A program made the position numbers and the translations under genes. Under the pieces are notes generated by a model. It did no database searches, was not told the origin of the DNA, and was given only the letters and a program-made list of their open reading frames with translations. Shown here one piece after another: positions 39,209 through 49,200 of a stretch of 64,000 bases of DNA. Where the stretch lies: contig JACPKP010000009.1 in assembly GCA_016186955.1 (NCBI GenBank), positions 97,595 through 161,594 on the forward strand, given 5' to 3'. Position 1 is the first letter of the stretch; every line of letters starts with the position of its first letter. Origin of the DNA: Candidatus Daviesbacteria bacterium. Lineage in GTDB: Bacteria > Patescibacteriota > Microgenomatia > Daviesbacterales > UBA10151.

Positions 39209-40516
39209 ATGCTAGATATTAATTTTATTCGGGAAAATACAGAGCAAGTCAAAAAAACAGTTGCTGATAAAAAGGTAAAATTTAATGTAGATGAATTATT
39301 AAAAACTGATAATTTAAGAAGAGATGCTCTTTCAAAAGTTGAGGCGCTTAGGAGAGAAAAAAATGAAGCGGCTCACAAAAGAGATATTGAAAAAGGCAAA
39401 AGCATCAAGGAACAATTAAATAAATTAGAAAAATCATTAGAAATTTGTCAAGAAGCATATAAAAAATTGATGTATGAAGTGCCCAATGTTCCCTTAAGTG
39501 ATGTCCCAGATGGAGATGAATCAAATAATAAGCTTCTTCGAAAAAATAAAGAACCTTCTAAGTTAACGTTTAAACCGAAAGATCACATTGAGCTTGGAGA
39601 AAAATTAGAGATTATAGATATTCAAAAGGCTGCGCAGGTTTCAGGGAGTAGATTCGCATACTTAAAGGGAGAAGGTGCTCTTTTAGAGCTTGCGTTAGTA
39701 TATTATGTAATGGAAATTCTTGTTAAAAAAGGCTTTATTCCAGTAATACCTCCTGCGCTTATTAAGCAAGAAGTAACTGAAAAGCTAGGTTACTGGAATG
39801 GTGGGGGAAATGAAAATTACTATTTAGTGCATGACTTTGAAGTAGGGGGGCCGAAACAAGGGGAACCCTTGCTGTTATATCTTATTGGAACTGGTGAACA
39901 TGCATTAGTCCCTTTGCATAATGAAGAGATTTTAGAAGAAAAGGAATTACCTAAAAAGTATGCTGCATTTTCCTCTTGTTTTAGACGAGAAGCAGGTTCA
40001 TATGGAAAGGATACGCATGGCATCCTGCGAGTCCATCAATTTGATAAGGTAGAAATGGTTGAGTTTGTAAAACCTGAAGATGACGAAAAAGAACGTAGAG
40101 AAATGTTGTCTATTGCGGAAACAATAATGGATTCATTAGGCCTGCCTTATCGAGTAGTACAATTAGCAAAAGGAGACTTAAGTTTTCCTTCTGCAGAAAC
40201 TGTTGATATTGAAACTTGGATTCCTTCACAAGAAAGATATAGAGAAACTCATTCAATTTCGACAACAACAAATTTTCAAGCAAGAAGATTTAATATTAAA
40301 TATAAAATGCTTCAACCTAGTTCGTTGGGTCTCATGGGTGTTGGAGGAGGTTCAAGAATGGAATTTGTGCATATTCTTAATGGTACGGCAATTGCTATAG
40401 GTAGAGCTATTATTGCCATTTTGGAAAACTATCAGCAGGAAGACGGTACTGTATTAATACCAGAAGTCCTGCAAAAATACACCGGGTTTTCCAGAATTTC
40501 CCCCAAATCCAAATAA
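39209..40516 (+). CDS. serS: Serine--tRNA ligase
   Basis: MLDINFIR, GTGE, FRREAG, RVHQFDKVE, HILNGT. Confidence 0.97.
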   Translation: MLDINFIRENTEQVKKTVADKKVKFNVDELLKTDNLRRDALSKVEALRREKNEAAHKRDIEKGKSIKEQLNKLEKSLEICQEAYKKLMYEVPNVPLSDVPDGDESNNKLLRKNKEPSKLTFKPKDHIELGEKLEIIDIQKAAQVSGSRFAYLKGEGALLELALVYYVMEILVKKGFIPVIPPALIKQEVTEKLGYWNGGGNENYYLVHDFEVGGPKQGEPLLLYLIGTGEHALVPLHNEEILEEKELPKKYAAFSSCFRREAGSYGKDTHGILRVHQFDKVEMVEFVKPEDDEKERREMLSIAETIMDSLGLPYRVVQLAKGDLSFPSAETVDIETWIPSQERYRETHSISTTTNFQARRFNIKYKMLQPSSLGLMGVGGGSRMEFVHILNGTAIAIGRAIIAILENYQQEDGTVLIPEVLQKYTGFSRISPKSK

Positions 40517-40520
40517 ATCC

Positions 40521-41318
40521 TTAACGGGGGGTAGGAGAAGGGTTTTGACGCTCTTTCAGAATTTCCAACGCTGACTTTGGTTTTGATGAACTGGTACCCG
40601 TTGATCCGTTCAAATCTCCAAATCCTGCAGACGCAGAAGGGGAAGCTTCAGATGCAGTAGGTGTAGGGGAAGGTTTAGTTGTTTCAACAGGTTGTGGTGT
40701 TGGAGTTGGTGTTTGAGGTTTACCTACCCCCAAAATAAAATATGCAGAACCGGCGCCAACCAACAGTACCAGCAAGATGCCTCCTATAATTAAAAACTTT
40801 GATAAAGATGAATGATGCGTGGAGACATCGATTGATTCAGGGGTGGCAGGAGAGTTGGGCACTACTAAATTTTCAGAGTTTGATATAGGAGGTGTGTATA
40901 TCTCAGGGGGCGGAGGCTGGTCATTATTGCCGGTAAGCTGCGACAAGTCAGTAGGGGCAGGTTCCGGTTGAGGAATAAGCGGGCCAACAGTACTAGTAGG
41001 TTCAGCAGGTTTGGGGGGATTTAGAATGGCAGCCAGATTGTCAGGGAGTCCGGGTTCAGCAGAGGCATTCAGATTGTTGGGGTCAGTGGGTGGAATAAAG
41101 GTAGGCATAGGGTTTGTATTAGCAGGCGTGGGCCAAGCTGGCTCTTTCGGTTGGAGGGGGTTAGTTGAAAATGAAGTATTTACAGGATTATTAGATGGGG
41201 GTGGGGGTATAGAGTTGGCGCCAAAAGAGTTACCTAGCTGGTTTGCTGGCGCCGGGTTAGCCAGCGGGTTAGTGATAGGGGATGAATTATTATCAGGGTT
41301 TTGGTTATTGTTATCCAT
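40521..41318 (-). CDS. Pro/Asn-rich single-TM protein
   Basis: Low-complexity N-terminus, TM, PT tail. Confidence 0.75.
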   Translation of the reverse strand: MDNNNQNPDNNSSPITNPLANPAPANQLGNSFGANSIPPPPSNNPVNTSFSTNPLQPKEPAWPTPANTNPMPTFIPPTDPNNLNASAEPGLPDNLAAILNPPKPAEPTSTVGPLIPQPEPAPTDLSQLTGNNDQPPPPEIYTPPISNSENLVVPNSPATPESIDVSTHHSSLSKFLIIGGILLVLLVGAGSAYFILGVGKPQTPTPTPQPVETTKPSPTPTASEASPSASAGFGDLNGSTGTSSSKPKSALEILKERQNPSPTPR

Positions 41319-41410
41319 AGGCAGGATCTAGATTTTAGTGTATAGGATTATCCGGGTATTTGTCAACGCAATAGCTTATTTGGCATGGAATTGTTAGAAT
41401 ATGAAGTGTT

Positions 41411-44233
41411 ATGTTGAGCCTATTTAGCAAATTTATTGATGCCAACAAAAGAGAGCTTGGCCGTTTGGAACAAGTTGTCAGGAAAATAAATGCCTTGGAA
41501 GGGAAGACTAAGAAGTTGTCAGACAAACAAGTTTTGGGCAAAGTAGAAGAGTTGAAAAAAAGATATTTAAAAGGAGAGACGCTTGACGGACTCTTGCCGG
41601 AAATGTTTGCGCTGGTCAGGGAGATAGGTTTAAGGGAGCTTGAACAGCGCCATTTCGATGTCCAGTTGATGTCAGGGATTGTATTACATGAAGGTAAGAT
41701 TTCAGAGCAAAAAACCGGTGAAGGCAAAACACATTCTGCTGTTTTAGCGCTGGCGCTGAATGCTTTAACCGGCAAAGGGGTGCATCTGGTGACTGTCAAT
41801 GATTACCTGGCAAGGAGGGATTGCGGTTGGAATGGGCCGATCTTCCATGCTTTGGGATTATCTTGCGGAGTTATCATACACGAACAAGCTTTTATTTATG
41901 ACCCTAAATATTCGAACAGGGAAGTTACAGACAAGAGGTTAAAGCATCTGCGTCTTGTCTCACGTAAAGAAGCCTACAGCGCAGACATCACATATGGGAC
42001 AAATAATGAATTCGGTTTTGATTATTTAAGGGATAATATGGTGTTAACACTGGATCAGCAGGTTCAGCGCGGCCATCATTTTGCGATTGTTGATGAGGTA
42101 GATTCAATATTGATTGATGAGGCAAGGACCCCGCTTATTATTTCCGCCCCTGCCCAGGAAGCTACAGATAAGTATATAAAATTCTCACAAATTGTTGATA
42201 AGTTATCTGCAAGTACGGATTTTATAGTTGATGAAAAACAACATACAGCTCACCTGACAGAGCACGGTACCATCAAAATCGAAAAGATCCTGGGAGTGGA
42301 TAATTTATATGAAAAAGATTTTTCCACCCTACACCATATTGAAGAAGCGCTGAAAGCAAAAACTTTATTCCAAAAAGACAGGGATTATGTGGTTAAAGAC
42401 GGGGAGGTTATTATTGTGGATGAGTTTACGGGCAGGTTGATGCCCGGACGCCGTTATAGTGAGGGTCTACACCAGGCTATTGAAGCCAAGGAAAATGTTC
42501 CTATCCAGCAAGAGTCACAGACCTTGGCGACAATCTCCTTTCAGAATTATTTCAGGATGTATGAGAAATTGGCGGGTATGACAGGGACTGCAGCTACAGA
42601 GGCTGAGGAGTTTGCAAAAATATACAAACTCGATGTGGTGATTATTCCAACGCATATGCCAATGATCAGGGAAGACAATCCTGATGCAATTTACAAAACC
42701 CAGACAGCAAAATATACAGCTGTGGCCAATGAAGTTGAAGAATTATATAAAAAGAGACAACCGGTTTTAGTAGGCACCACTTCAATTGAAAAAAATGAAT
42801 TTTTATCAGAACTTTTAAAAAGAAAGGGTGTATCGCATGCTCTTTTAAATGCTAAAAACCACGAAAGGGAAGCAGAGATCATTGCTGATGCAGGGCAAAA
42901 AGGCGCCGTTACGGTGGCTACTAACCTGGCAGGCAGGGGTGTTGATATTAAATTGGGTAAGGGTGTGGACAAACTGGGAGGCCTGTTTGTAATAGGGACC
43001 GAGAGACATGAATCAAGGAGGATAGATAACCAGTTGAGAGGCCGTTCCGGTAGGCAGGGTGATCCCGGCGGCACAAAATTTTTTGTTTCACTTGAAGATG
43101 ATTTGATGAGGATTTTTGGTGGGGAACAGGTGAGCAAAGTGATGAATTTTCTCAAAATGCCTGAGGATGTCCCAATTGAACATGGGCTTGTCTCCAGGGC
43201 GATTGAAGGGGCCCAGAAGAAAGTTGAAGGGCACAATTTTGATATCAGGAAACACACTGTTGAGTATGACGATGTGATGAATCAGCAAAGGCAGATTATT
43301 TATGGAGTTAGGAAACAGATACTGGAGGCATCATCGATCTCTGTCATTCACTCCGTTCAGGATGACAAGGGAACCCTAAAGGACGAAATTTTGCAGAAGG
43401 TTGAAATAGAGATAGGTAATATAGTTGCTGTATATTCAGCAGAAAATTTAGACTATGAAAAGATTGCAGAGGAGTTTTCAACTATTATCCCTTTTGACCA
43501 AAACAGCAAAAAAGGCCTGCTGGAACAATTAAAAAATTTATCTTCGGTAGAACAGATCAGTGAATTTTTAATAAAAGTTGCCAGGGATTTATACCAGGAA
43601 AGGGAAAAACAGGTAGGCCCGGATATTGCCAGGCAGATGGAAAATTTTGTTTATTTAAACACGATTGATACTTTATGGATTGAGCATTTGGATACGATGG
43701 ATGATTTAAGGGCTGGGATAGGGCTGCGCGGTTATGCCCAAAGGGATCCGTTGGTTGAATACAAAAGGGAGGCGTTTGACCTGTTTGAAAAACTGATGGC
43801 AAATATTGATGCTGAGATTGTCCACAGGATTTTTAAGGTATCAGTTGACCAGAGGCAGCCTGTAAGAATAGAACCTGCTGTAGATTTATCAAAAGCTTTG
43901 GAAACCCATGATGAGGCGCTGGATGAAACACAGCTTATGGAGGAAATAGGGCAGTTGATGCCCCAAGCGCCAGAGGTCGTAAGTCGGACGTTGGGTATCG
44001 GAAACGGTGAAACTAAAGTTAAGGTGGAGGGGTCAAGCAATGATGAGGCGTACTCAAGTCCTGAACCTGCCACCCGCACTAAAGTAACAATTGAAAGGCA
44101 TGGGGAGATAGTAGCACAGGAAACTTATGGGGAGCAGGGGCAGCTGACAAAACCTCATGGTAAAGTGGGAAGAAATGATCCCTGCTGGTGCGGTTCAGGT
44201 AAAAAGTACAAACGTTGTCATTATCCTAACTGA
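41411..44233 (+). CDS. secA: Preprotein translocase SecA
   Basis: KTGEGKT, DEVDS, QLRGRSGRQGD, GRNDPCWCGSGKKYKRCH. Confidence 0.98.
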   Translation: MLSLFSKFIDANKRELGRLEQVVRKINALEGKTKKLSDKQVLGKVEELKKRYLKGETLDGLLPEMFALVREIGLRELEQRHFDVQLMSGIVLHEGKISEQKTGEGKTHSAVLALALNALTGKGVHLVTVNDYLARRDCGWNGPIFHALGLSCGVIIHEQAFIYDPKYSNREVTDKRLKHLRLVSRKEAYSADITYGTNNEFGFDYLRDNMVLTLDQQVQRGHHFAIVDEVDSILIDEARTPLIISAPAQEATDKYIKFSQIVDKLSASTDFIVDEKQHTAHLTEHGTIKIEKILGVDNLYEKDFSTLHHIEEALKAKTLFQKDRDYVVKDGEVIIVDEFTGRLMPGRRYSEGLHQAIEAKENVPIQQESQTLATISFQNYFRMYEKLAGMTGTAATEAEEFAKIYKLDVVIIPTHMPMIREDNPDAIYKTQTAKYTAVANEVEELYKKRQPVLVGTTSIEKNEFLSELLKRKGVSHALLNAKNHEREAEIIADAGQKGAVTVATNLAGRGVDIKLGKGVDKLGGLFVIGTERHESRRIDNQLRGRSGRQGDPGGTKFFVSLEDDLMRIFGGEQVSKVMNFLKMPEDVPIEHGLVSRAIEGAQKKVEGHNFDIRKHTVEYDDVMNQQRQIIYGVRKQILEASSISVIHSVQDDKGTLKDEILQKVEIEIGNIVAVYSAENLDYEKIAEEFSTIIPFDQNSKKGLLEQLKNLSSVEQISEFLIKVARDLYQEREKQVGPDIARQMENFVYLNTIDTLWIEHLDTMDDLRAGIGLRGYAQRDPLVEYKREAFDLFEKLMANIDAEIVHRIFKVSVDQRQPVRIEPAVDLSKALETHDEALDETQLMEEIGQLMPQAPEVVSRTLGIGNGETKVKVEGSSNDEAYSSPEPATRTKVTIERHGEIVAQETYGEQGQLTKPHGKVGRNDPCWCGSGKKYKRCHYPN
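43342..43367. repeat. Degenerate GTCATCCTGA-type element in frame in secA
   Basis: TGTCATTCACTCCGTTCAGGATGACA encoding VIHSVQDD; shares TCAGGATGACAA with 28768. Confidence 0.6.
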
Positions 44234-44512
44234 TTAGACTATTATATCAATCTAAAATACACATTTTAATACCACATAAAATAGACTTTTTCTATATAAA
44301 TCCACATCAAACTATTACCCATATTTTTGACCTAAAATTTCCTATAAGTCTTGATCTATAACTATCCGCTACCACATGGTTTTGCTTTGGAAACAGCTTA
44401 TGTGTTTCTGCTATAGTTAAAGAAGTAAAACTGCTAGAGTAAGTAATTGGCAAAGTGTCTAGTAATAGCACTTCGTCCAGAAACGAAAGAAGATAGTAGT
44501 CAATTAACAAAT

Positions 44513-45181
44513 ATGTTTATGAGGCCTATACAACTAAAATTTATAATATTGATATTATTTTTCATTGCTGTACTTTGTGGTTTTATCGTATACAAGATTT
44601 ACATATATGCTCCAAAACCATTTTATAAACCCACTTTAACGAATCAGAAAAACCTGCAGATGTACATATGGAAAAAGTACGAATACGCATTCCTTTATGA
44701 TGGTGGTTTTGTCTTAAGAGGGGAGGCCCCTGAACCCATTCCTCCTGGGGATGACGCTTTTTACTTCCATCCAAATGGTAAAAATGAACCTCTTTTGCAG
44801 AGTACCATTTCAATAGATAGGCTTGGAGAAAGAAAAAATCAGAATTTGGAAGAATTTATTAGACAATATTATGAACAATGGTTGTCTTATAATCATTTAT
44901 CTGGTAAGTTTGAACCTCCACATTCTGGGAAAGTAATTAAAATCAACAATTATCCTTTTACTACTCCTTATGGTATAAATGGGTATGAATCTTACTTTAC
45001 AATAGAAGATTGGGAGGACGATCATCCTAATAAGAAATCATATTCAGAAGCAGGCCCTTTCTTTACGTTTGAACTAATTGATGCTAATAAATCATACCAA
45101 GATTTTAGAATTATTGGCGGTGACCATTTTGAAGGTAGGCAAGCGGTTACGACATTTCTTAATACACTAAAACATGTATGA
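44513..45181 (+). CDS. Hypothetical single-TM exported protein
   Basis: ATG 44513, N-terminal TM, YEYAFLY motif. Confidence 0.65.
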   Translation: MFMRPIQLKFIILILFFIAVLCGFIVYKIYIYAPKPFYKPTLTNQKNLQMYIWKKYEYAFLYDGGFVLRGEAPEPIPPGDDAFYFHPNGKNEPLLQSTISIDRLGERKNQNLEEFIRQYYEQWLSYNHLSGKFEPPHSGKVIKINNYPFTTPYGINGYESYFTIEDWEDDHPNKKSYSEAGPFFTFELIDANKSYQDFRIIGGDHFEGRQAVTTFLNTLKHV

Positions 45182-45189
45182 GGTCCCCT

Positions 45190-45225
45190 ATTTGGATAGC
45201 ATTTCAAAAATGCCACTATCCAAAT
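45190..45225. terminator. Long hairpin between convergent genes
   Basis: ATTTGGATAG..CATTT-CAA-AAATG..CTATCCAAAT. Confidence 0.5.
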
Positions 45226-45227
45226 TA

Positions 45228-45265
45228 AACTCCCTAGGTGTCCTATTTAGACCACCTCCCAGGTG
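45228..45265. repeat. CACC-N5-GGTG family pair
   Basis: AACTCCCTAGGTG and CACCTCCCAGGTG. Confidence 0.55.
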
Positions 45266-45310
45266 AATTTTCCCTTTCTTTGATAACAATCGGTTACCAC
45301 ACGACAAAGC

Positions 45311-45787
45311 TTAAAGGAGAATTTCCAATTCAATTTCATCTCTAAGAGGTATATTGTCGATTCCAACTAAAGGAATTTCAGGTTTTAATTTTCGTGACTG
45401 TTCAAGGGCATTCGGATAAACTGTAACAAGATGAAATCCTCGCCTCTGATAGAAATGGAGCGCTTTTGTATTATCGTTTGTTTCAATTAGCCAAATTCTT
45501 TTGCATTTATGATTTTTTACAATCTTTTTGACAGATTTTATTAATCTAGAGCCAATTCCTTTTTTTTCAAGAAAGCTGTTGAGTGTTACAATTTCACATT
45601 CGTCACCTTCAATGTTATAAGTAATGAGTCCTGAAGGTTTACTATTATCTGTAGCAATAAATCCTTTAAGAGCAGAGGCATCACGCATCTTTCCTCGGCT
45701 TACAATATATGTAGAACCCCATTGATTAGTGAGTAAGTCAGCGATCCATTCTTTGTCTGTTTCTTTTATTTCACTGATCTTTATCAT
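45311..45787 (-). CDS. GNAT N-acetyltransferase
   Basis: KKGIGSRL, ETNDNTKALHFYQRRGF. Confidence 0.92.
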   Translation of the reverse strand: MIKISEIKETDKEWIADLLTNQWGSTYIVSRGKMRDASALKGFIATDNSKPSGLITYNIEGDECEIVTLNSFLEKKGIGSRLIKSVKKIVKNHKCKRIWLIETNDNTKALHFYQRRGFHLVTVYPNALEQSRKLKPEIPLVGIDNIPLRDEIELEILL

Positions 45788-46019
45788 GTATCAAATTATA
45801 TCATGGTTGACCGTAGAACGAGCTTGTAACAAAATTTTTACACAATGGAAAAAATCTCTTTAACTTCTGGTTTTAGATAAACTCATTTAACTCGAGTTTG
45901 CAACTCTTGTTAAACGATTTTGAACCCAAAATACTTTTTGATTAGACTCAAATTGGAATATTTTGAGTATAAGAGGGACGCATTGACTCTTTGGATTTTA
46001 CATCTGTAATTAAATTTAT

Positions 46020-46190
46020 ATGGAAATTCAAAGGTCTGATACGGTAATTAACTCTCGAATTAAGCAACAACCGGAGTCACTAACTTATGAAGAGTTGAAA
46101 GAAAAAGCACGATATATTGTCTTAGGAGAACGTAAAGTGATCCACCTAGAATCACAATTAAGATATAGTCGTTTGGAGAGCATTTCATAA
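46020..46190 (+). CDS. Possible 56-aa hypothetical protein
   Basis: MEIQRSDTVINSRIKQQPESLTYEELKEKARYIVLGERK...; TTGACT upstream. Confidence 0.35.
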   Translation: MEIQRSDTVINSRIKQQPESLTYEELKEKARYIVLGERKVIHLESQLRYSRLESIS

Positions 46191-46239
46191 TCCTATAGCA
46201 AAAACACTATATTGACATAAGTTACTTTTTTGTCATACG

Positions 46240-49200
46240 GTGAAAACCGTGAAAACTATTTACACAGTCTTTGGATGTATCATTTTAAGTTTCATTGTTT
46301 TGAACCTAAACTTATTTACCCCTTCAGCTGCTGCAAAAAGCGACAGGCCAAAACATGCTTCAGGCGAATTGATTATAAAAATGGGAGTCCAAGGTAACAT
46401 TGATGATATCAAGAATAAATTCAGGATAAAAAATTCCAAAAATGTGTTAGGGAAATTTAATTTAAACAATGACAAAATCAAAAAGTCAGGTTTGGACAGA
46501 CTTTATAAGGTTGAGGTTGATGCTAACGAAGATGTTGTAAATTTATCCAGGCAGCTTCAAGCTGATTCAAACATTGAATATGCTGAACCCAACTTTGAAG
46601 TTTCTGCTACTGTCATCCCCAATGACCCTTCATTTAGTTTGCTGTGGGGTTTAAATAATACCGGCCAATCAGGCGGGAAAGTTGATGCGGATATTGATGC
46701 GCCTGAGGGTTGGGATATCAATACCAATTCTTCACAACTTTTGGTTGGCATTATTGATACCGGTGTTGGTTATAACCATCCTGATTTGCAAAGCAATATG
46801 TGGGTTAACCAAGCAGAGCTTAACGGGCAACCCGGAGTAGATGATGACGGGGACGGGTTTGTTGATGATATACACGGCTATGATTTTGCCAATAATGACC
46901 CTGACCCTTTAGATGACCATGGCCACGGGACACATGTTGCAGGAACCATTGGGGCGGTTGGAAACAACGGTATTGGAGTTGCAGGGATCAACTGGTCTGC
47001 AAAAATTATGGCAATTAAATTTCTAAACAGCTCCGGTTCAGGTTATATCGACGGGGCAGTTCAAGCGCTGTTTTATGCCAATATGATGGGTGCAAAAATT
47101 ACCAATAACAGCTGGGGTGGGGGAGGGTATTCACAGGCTTTGGCTGATGCAATTTCCGCAGCCGATGCTGGCGGTAACCTGTTTATCGCTGCCGCAGGCA
47201 ATAGCGCTGCCAACAATGACCTTTACCCTTTTTACCCGGCCTCTTACACCAATAAAAATGTGATGGCCGTTGCAGCAACAGATACCAGTGATAACCTGGC
47301 TTCATTCTCCAGCTTTGGTGCAACTTCTGTCCATATGGCAGCGCCGGGTGTTTCAATTTATTCAACTGTCCCGACCGGCAGCTGTAACTTATGTAACCCC
47401 TCGGGCTATAGATACTTAAGCGGCACCTCTATGGCGACACCTCATGTTGTAGGCTCGGCAGCCTTGATTTGGGCGCATAGTCCTTTATTAACGCACGATC
47501 AGGTTAAAGCTAAACTTATTGCAACTTCTGATAAAATGATTAATTTGAGCGATAAATCAATAAGCGGTGGCAGGCTTAACTTATTAAATAATTTTGAAGA
47601 CGACTCTACTCCGCCCTCCCCTATTGCGGATCTGCAAGTTGCCGGTAGTTCATATAACAGTGTTACTTTAAGCTGGGCAGCAACAGGGGATGACGGCAAC
47701 AGCGGGCGGGCCGACCAATACGATATCCGTTTTTCAACCAGCCAGATTGACTCTCTAAACTTCAATTCTTCACAGAAAATGCCTAATCCACCCCAGCCGC
47801 AGACTGCAGGAACTGCCCAGACAGTAGTTATCAAAGGATTAAGCGAACAGACTGCATATTATTTTGCTATTAAATCAATTGATAATATGGGAAATATGTC
47901 AGATATATCGAACATAGTTTCAGCTACAACTACGGTGTCACGAATTGTTTTTGATGAGGATTTTGAAGCAAGCCCAAGCGGATGGGTAGTTGAAGGGTCA
48001 ACAGGTGATGCTTCAGCAAGCGGGGCTCTATGGCATTTATCAGAACGAAGATTCGCCAGCCCGACGCATGCTTTCTACTATGGTAGGGAAGATACCGGCA
48101 CTTTTGATACGGGATACAGAAATTGGGGAAACTTAATATCTCCGGTGATTGATCTATCAAAGATTTCCAACCCGAGTCTGGTTTTTAAGCATTTCCTGGC
48201 AACAGAAAACGGTGCAGGCTACTTAGTCAATTACGATAGGGCATCTGTTCAGTTATCAGGAGACGGCGGATTACACTGGAGCGAAGTAATGTTAAAGAGT
48301 TCAACTGGAGGCAGCTGGATGACAGAAAATTTAGATTTATCGGGTTTTTACTCTAATTCTTTAATGGTTAGATTTAGTTTTGATTCAGTAGATAGCATGT
48401 TGAACTATTATGAGGGTTGGTTTGTTGATGATGTTAAGTTGATTGGTTCACCCGATATAACCGCTCCTACAGCTAAAATTATCAGCCCAGCAGATAATTC
48501 TCAGGTTACCGCCACAATTACAATTGAAGCAGATGTTTCAGATGACATTGGTGTTACCATGGTGGACTTTTTGGTTGACGGGACAGTTGTAGCCGGGGAT
48601 TCAACAGCGCCATACATGATAAATTACGATACCTCCCAGTTGGCTCAGGGTTCTTCCCATGTAATCACTGCAAATGCATATGATGCCGCTTCTAATATGG
48701 GTTCTTCCGATCCGGTTAACATTCTGATTAAGGATTTAACGCCTCCGGTAGTTTCTTTGACCGCTCCCGCCCCAAACGCTTATATTACAGGGACGGTTAC
48801 TATGGCGGCCGATGCTTCGGATAATGTTGGAGTTTTAAAGGTCGATTTTATGGTGGATGGGAACGTTTATGGAAGTGACGCCACTATGCCATACAGTTTT
48901 GATCTTAATACCTCCGCCTTTCTTCAGGGTACCAATCACAGTATTTCTGCTTATGCCTATGATGAGGCTGGAAATCTGGGTTTTTCCAGCCAGATAAATG
49001 TCAAAATTAAGGATGTAACTGTGCCAACCGCGTATGTTACATTCCCTACAGAAGGCGCAGTTGTTAGCGGAATAATTAATATTACTGCCGATGCTGCGGA
49101 CAATATTGGTGTTACCATGGTTGATTTTCTGGTTGACGGTGTAGTTGTGGGCAGGGATTCTTTTGCGCCGTATAATTTTAATTTTGACACGTCATTCTAT

